A program made the translations under genes and the position numbers. The notes under the pieces are model-generated. The model searched no databases. It saw only the letters and a program-made list of their open reading frames with translations, and was not told where the DNA came from. A stretch of DNA of 64,000 nt from the IMG/VR virus record IMGVR_UViG_3300019757_000007, positions 1 to 64,000 of that record. One strand, 5' to 3'. This DNA is from a virus. This document shows, in pieces, positions 53,224-62,697 of this stretch (its first letter is position 1; every line of letters starts with the position of its first letter).

Positions 53224-56200
53224 AACATGATAATAGAGATACAAAAATTAAAATAAATTTTCAAAATAAAGTAAATGATACTTTAAGATTCTATGAGAAA
53301 TTTGCTAAAGATGGGTTATTAATAGAATATGCTTATTTAGATAAGACTAAAAATATTACTTATCATACAGCATTAGGAGATGTTAAACATTTCCCAAAAG
53401 AAAGATTAAATACATTTTTAATTAATCTTTATAATAAAATAACAACAGATAAAATAGGGACATTACCTAATCATAATCAGAAAACAAGAATTGATTTAAA
53501 AAATAAAACAAGTAATGTTTATTACTCATTAAGAATGTTTGGATTTGATAGTCCATTATTTATTATGTTTATGGTAAATAAAGGGTTAATGGGAGCATTA
53601 ACTTATTTTGGAATTAATAGTAACCTTACAAAGACTAAGGATAAAGGGGCTTTCTTAAGTGTTAAGATTCATGATAAGAATGGAGATTTAGGATATTTAA
53701 ATACTTATGCTAAAGATTTACATCACGAATATTTATTAAATGGATTAAGAAAAGAAGCTAATAAGATATTCCCATTAAAGGAAGAAGATTTAACTAGTAC
53801 AGAAGTACTTCAAAAATATTTCCAGAACTATTATAATGTTCAAAGATACCTAAATTATAAAGAAGCTCCGAATAGTTTTATTGATGTTACTACTAAAAAG
53901 ATTCTAAAAACGTATGGATATGACACCGATTTCTTTAAGTTATATGGGGAGTTTATGCCACATAAACTCATGAATGATAAAGTAGAAGATATTAATAATC
54001 TAAAAAATCAAAGAGTTCGTATGTCTGAAAGTATCGCGCATGCGGCTTATAAAGTACTACAACAAGGTATTATTCATATGAAGAATAATAAGAATCAATT
54101 TAATATTAAATTAGATATTGATAAGAACTTTATTACAAAAGAGCTTATGAGTTCTGGTATGTTGCAGTATACTCAAACTATTAATCCTTTAGAAGAATTA
54201 ATTCTGAGTACTAAGATTACTAAATCGGGTATTGGTAATATGAAGAAAGAGCAAATTACTTTAGAAAGAAGAGATTTAAATCCATCTTATTTTGGGACAA
54301 TTTCTCCTTCGACTACTAATGAGTACGGTAATATTGGTATGAATCAAACACTTAGTAATAGAAGTATTATTAAAGATAGATTCGGAAGTATTCTTATTAA
54401 ACCTTTTGATAATCATCAGAATCCTTTGGATGCTTTATCTGCTACTGATTCATTATCCCCATTCTTTGAATTTGATGATACTACTAGACGTATTATGGGT
54501 AATCAACAGTTTGCTCAGTTTGCTCAAATAGATAGACCGGATGAACCATTAATTCAAACTGGTATGGAAGGGATTATTCCTTACTTAGTATCAGATAGAT
54601 TTGCTATTAAAGCTAAAGATGATGGTAAAGTAACTGGTGTTGGAGAAGAACTTAAATTAACTTATAAAGATGGTACTAAAGATCAATACTCTGTTAAAGA
54701 TAAAAAATCTAGAACAAAGCGTGGTATTTTTATGCCTATTAAATATTCGGTACTTGTAAAAACGGGAGAGAAAGTTAAGAAAGGTCAATTACTGGCTGCT
54801 ACTAGTTCTCTAAAAAGTGGAAAATTAGCAGTAGGTAAAAATCTAAATGTAGCCTTAATGGGGTACAGAGGAATGAATTATGAAGATGGTTGGGTAGCAG
54901 CTGAAACTATTGGAGCTAAATATACTAATACTCTTTATAATAAAATTACTATTCCTATAGATACTGGAGCTAAAATTTTAAAATTTAATATAGCTGATGG
55001 TACGGATACTAAACCTGGAGAAGTTCTAGTTGAATATAGAAGTGGAAATGTCAACTTAGAAGATATTGTTAATAATGAAATCCAAATAGAAAATGGAGAT
55101 GATGATCTTTTAGTTGGTAGAGAAGTATCTGGTGGAACTATTAAACATAGAAGTCCAGGTGGGAAAATTAAAGATATTAAAATTCTTTTAAATGGTACAC
55201 AGATAGATAATAATGTTCTTCAGGCTTGGAAAACATTAACTAAAGATATTAAAAATAAATTAAAAGTTTGTGACGATATTTTAGATCCAGTAAAAAAATT
55301 AGATTGTCAAAATAGTATTGAAAATATTGAGTCTTTAAAAGTAGGTTCTCATAAAGTAAATAATAATGAATTTGATGGTTATATTATTGAGCTATTTATA
55401 GAAAAAGAAAATCCAGTTGGAAATGGTAGTAAGTTTGCCTTACTTGGAGGTTCTGGAGGTAAAGGAACTATTCAATATCAAATTCCAGAAGGAAAAGAAC
55501 CAGTATCTGTAGATACAGGTTTAAAGATTGAATTTATCCCAACACCCGCATCTAATATTTCAAGAAAGAATATGTCTGTTGTTTTAAGTCTTTTTGTAGG
55601 TAAAATTGTTTACTTCCTTAATAAGAAAGCACAAGAGTTAATATTTGCTGGAAAGATACATCAAGCCGAACAACTATTATTGAAAACATATAGTTATTTA
55701 GATAGGACTAAAGAAAGCAATATCCTAGAAGATCTTAAATTATTTTTCGATCAAAGTACTAAAGATATTATTACTTATGTGCGAAAATGTAATCCTAGAA
55801 GTAAACCAGCATTTCCATTGTTAGTTACTCCATTTAAGAATAAAATTACTATGCCTGATATAGAAAAAGCAGCAGCTGTAATTAATATTCCATTAAATGA
55901 AAAGGTCAGAATTCCAGAAGAAGATAATATTATTACTGAGTATTCAGTACCTGTAGGTATATTCCCAGTAGTTTACTTAGAACATTTCCCTAAAGAGATG
56001 TCGGGAATAAGAGCAAATATTAAAGCTAAAAAACAATTTACAACTGGACAAGGTAGATCAGGAACTAAGGATGGTGATGGAGCTATTAAGTTAGGAGTAT
56101 ATGATTTATTTGCGGTTGCTAGTAAAAAAGCTTCTTCTGTTATTACTGAATTACATATGATGAAATCGGATAATGAGGTAGGTAGTAAAAAACTTAGAAA

Positions 56201-56342
56201 TAAGATACTTAAAGATGGTCTAATTGTGGATCAAGATGATATTGAGATTACTCAAGAACTTAAAGATAATGCAAAAACTAAGAAGTTAGTAGATACTTAC
56301 TTCAGAGGAGCATTACTAGATCCGAATTTATCAGGAGCATAA
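53217..56342 (+). CDS. multisubunit RNA polymerase set B, beta subunit (apparently lacking the N-terminal segment)
   Basis: NLKNQRVR, INPLEEL, RRDLNPSYFGTISPSTT..GNIG, PFFEFDDTTRRIMGNQ, GMNYEDG, GSKF..GGKGTI, LEH, GAIKLG. Confidence 0.9.
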   Translation: MLEHDNRDTKIKINFQNKVNDTLRFYEKFAKDGLLIEYAYLDKTKNITYHTALGDVKHFPKERLNTFLINLYNKITTDKIGTLPNHNQKTRIDLKNKTSNVYYSLRMFGFDSPLFIMFMVNKGLMGALTYFGINSNLTKTKDKGAFLSVKIHDKNGDLGYLNTYAKDLHHEYLLNGLRKEANKIFPLKEEDLTSTEVLQKYFQNYYNVQRYLNYKEAPNSFIDVTTKKILKTYGYDTDFFKLYGEFMPHKLMNDKVEDINNLKNQRVRMSESIAHAAYKVLQQGIIHMKNNKNQFNIKLDIDKNFITKELMSSGMLQYTQTINPLEELILSTKITKSGIGNMKKEQITLERRDLNPSYFGTISPSTTNEYGNIGMNQTLSNRSIIKDRFGSILIKPFDNHQNPLDALSATDSLSPFFEFDDTTRRIMGNQQFAQFAQIDRPDEPLIQTGMEGIIPYLVSDRFAIKAKDDGKVTGVGEELKLTYKDGTKDQYSVKDKKSRTKRGIFMPIKYSVLVKTGEKVKKGQLLAATSSLKSGKLAVGKNLNVALMGYRGMNYEDGWVAAETIGAKYTNTLYNKITIPIDTGAKILKFNIADGTDTKPGEVLVEYRSGNVNLEDIVNNEIQIENGDDDLLVGREVSGGTIKHRSPGGKIKDIKILLNGTQIDNNVLQAWKTLTKDIKNKLKVCDDILDPVKKLDCQNSIENIESLKVGSHKVNNNEFDGYIIELFIEKENPVGNGSKFALLGGSGGKGTIQYQIPEGKEPVSVDTGLKIEFIPTPASNISRKNMSVVLSLFVGKIVYFLNKKAQELIFAGKIHQAEQLLLKTYSYLDRTKESNILEDLKLFFDQSTKDIITYVRKCNPRSKPAFPLLVTPFKNKITMPDIEKAAAVINIPLNEKVRIPEEDNIITEYSVPVGIFPVVYLEHFPKEMSGIRANIKAKKQFTTGQGRSGTKDGDGAIKLGVYDLFAVASKKASSVITELHMMKSDNEVGSKKLRNKILKDGLIVDQDDIEITQELKDNAKTKKLVDTYFRGALLDPNLSGA

Positions 56343-56343
56343 A

Positions 56344-56622
56344 ATGACGGTTACTTTAGAAGTAAATAAAGAATTAATAACAGAATCTATGTTTGGTGGA
56401 GCAGGTAAAAGATTAATTCAAAATCAATTAGATAGAAAAGTACGGGATAGAATGAAACATCATGAAACTATGGCCGATATGAGAAAAACGGCAGATCGAG
56501 TAAACGCTCGATCTAAAGAAACTATTAAAGATGAAGTTAATAAGGTAGAGATATCTGATAAATCTTCTTCTTATGGTCCAAGACCAAAAACAAAGCCTAA
56601 TCCATATGATAAATATTTATAA
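56344..56622 (+). CDS. small basic protein, possible virion-internal protein
   Basis: N-terminal VNKELITE, similar to the ORF at 58669. Confidence 0.55.
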   Translation: MTVTLEVNKELITESMFGGAGKRLIQNQLDRKVRDRMKHHETMADMRKTADRVNARSKETIKDEVNKVEISDKSSSYGPRPKTKPNPYDKYL

Positions 56623-56633
56623 AGGAAATTGAT

Positions 56634-56795
56634 ATGTTAACTAAAAGCACTAGTCAAGTACTAGTAAATAAAGCCAGAGGTTCTGGAGATAAATTATCTC
56701 CTGATATGAAGAAAATAGAAGAAAGCGCTAAACCAGTTAAGATTAACGATAAAATGGTTATAGATTTATACGGAAATAAACAGAATAAAAAGTAA
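56634..56795 (+). CDS. small hypothetical protein (53 aa, not in ORF track)
   Basis: AAGGA RBS, ATG at 56634, open to TAA at 56795. Confidence 0.55.
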   Translation: MLTKSTSQVLVNKARGSGDKLSPDMKKIEESAKPVKINDKMVIDLYGNKQNKK

Positions 56796-56796
56796 A

Positions 56797-56849
56797 TAGC
56801 TGGTCAGCTATACTAAGCTATAGCTGGCTATAGTGAGCTAGCTATTAGC
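56797..56849. repeat. AGCT-rich dispersed repeat
   Basis: TAGCTGGCTATAGTGAGCTA, the reverse complement of the copies in the minus-strand region. Confidence 0.8.
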
Positions 56850-56881
56850 AAAATAAAAAAAATAACAAGGAAAAAATTAAA

Positions 56882-58429
56882 ATGTGGATATATAAAAATA
56901 AAGTAATAACAGAAATACCACCAGAGGCAATATCTTTTACATATAAAATAACTAGATTAAATATAGAGGATGATAATACAAGCCCAATTTATTATATAGG
57001 AAAAAAGAATTTTTATAGAAAATCAAGAAAAAAAATATTAGAATCGGATTGGATGGAGTATTATGGTTCTTCTGAATGGTTAAAGGAACATGTTAAAAAA
57101 TATGGTTCTGATAATTTTGAAAGAGAAATATTAGAAATATGTTTTTCTAAATCCGAGGCTACTTATAAAGAGGTTAAACTATTAATAGAGAACGAGGTTC
57201 TTGAAGTAGATCATACTAATAAAATGAAAAAATTATATTATAATCTAAGTATTCTTGGAAGATATTCTACGAATAAATTTTTTACCAAATCAGATTTAGA
57301 AAAATTAAGTTATTATAAAAAACAACCGGATAAATATATAGATAGATTTGCTGTAAATAATGGAGTATCTACTAGATTTTTAAACTCGGAACTTTACGAT
57401 ATAGAGGAATTTTTATTGGAGAACCCAGAATGGACTTTAGGTACTGGAATAACACAAAAATATAAAGATATGATTTGTTGTACTGATGGTATAGAAAATA
57501 TATATATAGAAAAATATAATATTGATACTTTTCTTGAAGAAAATAAATTATTTTATAAAGGTAGTAAATTTAAAGGAAAATATAAAAGAATTAATAATGG
57601 AATCGAAGAAAGAAGAATTCCTATCAATGATGTTTTACCGGAAGGATTTGTACTAGGTGGAATAGTCAATATTGATTATAATAATAAAATAAGATTAATT
57701 CATTATAAAAAATACACAACTATAACCATACCTGACTACCATAAGGATTCTTATTTAGAAGATGGTTGGGAAATATGTCCAGATGATTTTAATATTTCTA
57801 CTTTCTCTAGATGGATAAATAAGGATTCTATAAATAAAAAAATAAAATTATCGGAAATTAATTCCTATCTAACAGATGGTTGGGAATTAGGAAGATATAA
57901 TAATTATAATAAAAATAAGGTATCTATAGTTAAGGATGAGGAAATTAAATATATATCTATAGATGATATCGAATCGTATATAAAAGATGGGTGGATTCTA
58001 GGTGGGAAAAAAATTGGTTCTTTAAAAGAGAGAAATTTAGTATTAGTTAGTGATAATAAAAATAATAAAAAAACTATCCCTATTAATAATCTAAAAGATT
58101 TTTTATCAAAAAATCCAGAATGGAAAGAAGGATTTACCCCAAAACATAAATTTAATACAAAAAATCAAGTATTTGTATATGATATTACTAAAGATAATTT
58201 ACCTCTTATAGTTACTCCAGAAGAATATAAAAATAATAAAAATTTAGTTCTTAGAAACACGGTACAATTACAAAAGAAAAAAGGGTTAACTAAAACAGAA
58301 ATAAATAGAATAAATAAATATTATCTTGAGGTATATCCAAAAAGAAGAAAAATCCCAACTTATAAATATCATAATTCAACCGTAGATAAAATATTAAAAG
58401 ATATTGAGGAGTATAGATATGGTAAATAG
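56882..58429 (+). mobile_element. GIY-YIG (Seg-like) homing endonuclease with repeated GWxLG DNA-binding modules
   Basis: FTYKIT..YYIGKK, YYGSS, YGSDNFEREIL, YYN; about seven C-terminal repeats ending (G/E)WxxG or a variant. Confidence 0.8.
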
Positions 58430-59019
58430 AAGCTCCCAAATAACATTAGAATATTTAAATAGTTATTTTCCTTATCTTCAGAATCAAGTTCTAAACGAAG
58501 TAAATAAAAATTTTAAAAATATTCCAGATGAGGAAGTAGATAATTTAGTACAACATTTAATCCGTTCTAAATTATCAGATAAGATGAAGAATCTAAAAAC
58601 ATTTAAACAAGAATTAACAGAATTGGGTATTATAAAACCTAAAGAAGAAAAAAAAGAGGATATATTAAATGAAAAGAAACATACATCAATTAAGCGTAAA
58701 TAAATCTCTTATCTTAGAAGAGGCTAAAGAACTCCAGAAATTATCTAAAGAAGAAATTCAAACTAAAAAAGATAAGTTCGGAAAAATGGCAAAAGGATTA
58801 AAGAAAGGAAACTTTACTTCTTATTGTCAAAGTCATGGATATACTACAGGAAGCCATCCAGATTGTATTGCTAAAGCTTTAAAAGAAGCAGATGATACTG
58901 GTAATAGTACTTTAAAAAGAAGAGCTGTACTGGCTAGAACATTTGCTGGGATGGCTAAGAAAAGAAAAGAAAATAATGCCGCTAAATTAAATAATTCTGT
59001 GGCAAGTTCTTATAGTTAG
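58404..59019 (+). CDS. two small hypothetical proteins (58404-58703, 58669-59019)
   Basis: Overlapping ORFs; the second is basic, with VNKSLILEE near its N-terminus. Confidence 0.6.
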
Positions 59020-59095
59020 TAATGATATATTAATGTATATAATATCATTATATTATCAACAAATGGATACTATAATATTATATATGGAGTTAAAG

Positions 59096-59479
59096 ATGAA
59101 GAAAATAAATGAATTAAATGTATTGGTAGTAGACGATTCTAAAACAATTTGTAGAATTAATAAAATGATAGTTACTCAAATGGGAGTAAATAATTGTGAT
59201 ACAGCAGAAGATGGTTCTGTGGGATTAAAATTATTTATGAAAAATGATTACGACTTAGTACTATCAGATATTAATATGCCAGTAATGAATGGTTTTGAGT
59301 TCGTTGCCGAAATACGTAAAAGAAAATCAAAAGATGAATGTCCGGTATTTATGATTACTACAGAGGGTGGCAAACAAGAAGTACTTAGAGCTCTAAAATT
59401 AGGAGCAAATAATTATTTAGTTAAACCATTAGATAAAGATAATTTAATACAGAAAATAGAAGATTTATACCAAGCTTAA
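59096..59479 (+). CDS. cheY: CheY-like single-domain response regulator
   Basis: VLVVDDS, phospho-acceptor SDINMPVMNG, MITTEGGK, GANNYLVKP; GGAG RBS before ATG 59096. Confidence 0.88.
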   Translation: MKKINELNVLVVDDSKTICRINKMIVTQMGVNNCDTAEDGSVGLKLFMKNDYDLVLSDINMPVMNGFEFVAEIRKRKSKDECPVFMITTEGGKQEVLRALKLGANNYLVKPLDKDNLIQKIEDLYQA

Positions 59480-59541
59480 GAACTACTAGTAGTTCATAGA
59501 GATATAAATAATAAAAGAAAAATAATTTAAGGAAATAGGAA

Positions 59542-61062
59542 ATGATTTATTATTATAATGACGAGGAAATTATAAAAGTAAGAATAAAAGAACCCGAAGA
59601 TGATAGTAAATTTACTATGACTTCTGAGATTGAGTACCTGCAGCAAATGGATATTAAAAATTTTAATTACTATGTATTTGAAAGTGATATAGAAAAGCTT
59701 TCATATGAAGAATTTGAGTACTGGTATCAACAATATTTTAGAGATTGGATTAGTGATTTAAATGAGGATTATTTAGATATAGATTTAGAAAACCTCGAAA
59801 GAAATTTTAAGAATCCAGATGAAAAAAGATTCTTTCTAAAGAAAATAGTATTCTTTGTAATGCATATATTTCCTTATGAGATATTAAAAGATATAATGTT
59901 GGATATTCAAAAATATCCAGAATTGGCTGGAGATTTAGATTTAAATAATTTATACGAAGGTGATTTTTATAATATATTTGATATAGATAATCCAAATGTA
60001 ATCCATTTAAAAGCCTGTATTCAAAAGTTACTTAATCATAGAATAGTTAAATTAAAAAATTGGATTAATATTTTAGATGATTTTAGTACGGTATCTAAAA
60101 AAGATACTTTAGAAGATAGTGTTGCTTTATTAGATTCTCATATAGATAAACAGAATATGTTTAATAATATGTATATTGAAATTATAGATGGTACTCCTTT
60201 AGAAAAGATTACTAACTTATTTAATATTTATATTGAAAAAGACTTTTTAAACCTTAGTGTTTAAAAGTCTGAACTAAATTGAAGATAAAATTAAAGGAAA
60301 AATATGAATACTAAAATTGTTCTTAGAGACTATAATGAATTAAAATTTATAGCTCAAGATGGTGACTCAACTAGAAAAATAGATGATAAATTAAATCTAT
60401 TATTAAAATATATCGGTTCTATGGAAATGGATATTGATGAAATATTAATTAACCCAAAAGGAGATGGTGGTAAAAACCTAACTTTTGTAAATAATAATTT
60501 ATCTCCAGAAAGAAATTTCTATAATGTAAAAATTCCAGAAAGCTGGACAACTTCTGTATCATTAAATGATAATCAAGATAAAATTTATTGTAAAAAATGT
60601 AATTTTATGGTTTCTCCTGATTCAGTATATCATTTTCCAGATGAAAAAATATTAGAATCTGGAACTGCTGGTGAAGCAGATGCTGTTTATAGAAAAGCTT
60701 TATATCAAGATAGATTAGATGATAATACAAAAGATACTGTTTGCCCAGTATGTTCAAGTATTAATAGATTCGCTACTTTAGCATAGGAACTTATTATGAA
60801 ATTAACTACTAGAAATCTTAGTTTTAGTCAAAGTATCGAAGAGGCCGATTTAAATGCAATAGCAAAAGCTGCTAATGGTAGTACTATGAAAAATACTTGG
60901 GATAGTATGACTAAAGGTATAGGTAATATGTTTAAAGATAAAAATACTACTAGACCAAGTTCAAAACCAGGTACTCATGTATCTACTTCAGAAAAAGAAA
61001 TTAATAATCCAACTTATAATCCCGACGCTGGAAAACCAGATTGGTTCGAAGCTAATACATAA
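59542..61062 (+). CDS. three hypothetical proteins (59542-60264; 60304-60786 with CxxC...CxxC; 60796-61062)
   Basis: ORFs with RBS. Confidence 0.65.
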
Positions 61063-61065
61063 GAT

Positions 61066-61083
61066 AATCCCCTTCGGGGATTT
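61066..61083 (+). terminator. hairpin/terminator
   Basis: AATCCCC-TTCG-GGGATT. Confidence 0.65.
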
Positions 61084-61183
61084 CCTGTCGTAGTTAAAAC
61101 TACACTTTACTTTAAAATAACTCCGAACTAAAGATAGTATTAATAGATATTATAGGCTATAATAAAAAGAAAAGGAAATAAAA

Positions 61184-62524
61184 ATGCAGAAATTGCACAA
61201 TACAAAAATTGAAAATAATCGTACGATATTGGATATAGAAAATAGATTTGAAAGTGTCGGTGAAGATGGTAAGTTGATTAGTCAAGAAACTATTAACATG
61301 GTAGAACATACAGTACAAGATCAATATCAGGTACTTTCTAAAAATGATTTTGGTAAAACCCCACAGAGAATTAATATTGGATTTTTTAATAAGAAAACTG
61401 ATTTTAGAGTATCTGGTAAAGATAGTATAATTGCTTTTAATAAAGAAACGGCAGAAATTGTTTCACCAAGTATAGAAGAAATTAAAAATCATCCTTATAG
61501 ATATTTAATGATTTATAAATATCCTTTCTTTGATAATATTTGGAACGATGAAATAGAAATTAAATTAGAAGATATACCTAATGATTTTCATAAGATAATT
61601 CTAGATGAAAATTTTGGGGAATATTTAGGGAAGTTATTAAAAAAATTAACTCGAATGGTTCAAGTAGATGGAGTTACTGTAAATGATCTTGGAGTATTAG
61701 ATATCGATTTTAGAAGACGAAAAGTTCTAGAAACTATTATTCAAGTACAAGGTACTAATAAATTTAGTATTAATAAAAAGATATTACTTAATAGTAATCC
61801 AAGTTTCTTAATGGGAATTCTAGAAGGATTCTTTGATACTGAAAATACTAAATATTTTAATATTCCAGAAACTATTAATGTATATACTATAAGTACAATA
61901 TTTAATTTATTAAGTGCTTCATATAGTATTAGATTAAATAGAGAAAATGAAGTTAAAAAAGGTATCTTTACAGCTAGGTTTAAATTGCCTAATTCATTAA
62001 ATGAGTTTCCAAATAATTTAAATAATGATATTTTTAGAAAACACAAATACCTATTTTTACCAAACAAGGTAGGGGAATTTGATAATTTTAAAATTAAATT
62101 TTTAAAAGATTCTAGAAATTATATTAAAAATAATACACCAGAAATAACTCAAAAATATATTGAAAATGGTTTTACAGAAATGATGTATTTAGTTAATAAT
62201 GGATTAATAGAATTAATCCCTACTTGGGATTTAGTATTTAATAAAATTCCAGAAGAAGAAGCTAAAGAAAATATGATGTATGATTTAATTATGGAAAATG
62301 ATAAAGCTCATAATTTCCAATTAAATAATTTACCTATGTTACATAACTCTGATGGAGATATTATGGGGGTAATTGGATTATTTACAAAACAAGCTTGTGC
62401 TGATGCTAGAAAACATTTCTCTGCTGAGAATAAATTAAAATTTAAAGATCCAGTTAGTTCAAATGTTATGAACTGGGGAATTAAAACGGATGCCCAAGTT
62501 GGTTGGTATAATGCTACAAAATAA
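61184..62524 (+). CDS. intein (degenerate LAGLIDADG, no N-extein) fused to a 58-aa RNA polymerase beta' catalytic-loop fragment (set B)
   Basis: Blocks F/G MYDLIME..HNF..MLHN|S with the junction at 62347/62348; LAGLIDADG-like ILEGFFDTE. The extein SDGDIMGVIGLFTKQACADAR...DAQVGWYNAT aligns with beta' DGDQMAVHVPLSxEAxxEAR...DxVLGLYYMT. Confidence 0.82.
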   Translation: MQKLHNTKIENNRTILDIENRFESVGEDGKLISQETINMVEHTVQDQYQVLSKNDFGKTPQRINIGFFNKKTDFRVSGKDSIIAFNKETAEIVSPSIEEIKNHPYRYLMIYKYPFFDNIWNDEIEIKLEDIPNDFHKIILDENFGEYLGKLLKKLTRMVQVDGVTVNDLGVLDIDFRRRKVLETIIQVQGTNKFSINKKILLNSNPSFLMGILEGFFDTENTKYFNIPETINVYTISTIFNLLSASYSIRLNRENEVKKGIFTARFKLPNSLNEFPNNLNNDIFRKHKYLFLPNKVGEFDNFKIKFLKDSRNYIKNNTPEITQKYIENGFTEMMYLVNNGLIELIPTWDLVFNKIPEEEAKENMMYDLIMENDKAHNFQLNNLPMLHNSDGDIMGVIGLFTKQACADARKHFSAENKLKFKDPVSSNVMNWGIKTDAQVGWYNATK

Positions 62525-62697
62525 AAAAGAAATTGAGAGTTTACTAAAGGATTTTCAAGTTGACTCAACTGATTTAGGTAAAATAAAAACTGAATTAATA
62601 AAAACACAAGGTATTGAGTTTATAGAGAAATATGATATTTTATTAGATGAAATAATACATGAAAAATTATATAAAAATAAATTAAGAAGGAAATAAA

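Noticed and set aside
1545-56849. AGCT-rich repeats as a CRISPR array
   Set aside because: The copies are isolated and dispersed, with no repeat-spacer periodicity and no cas genes.
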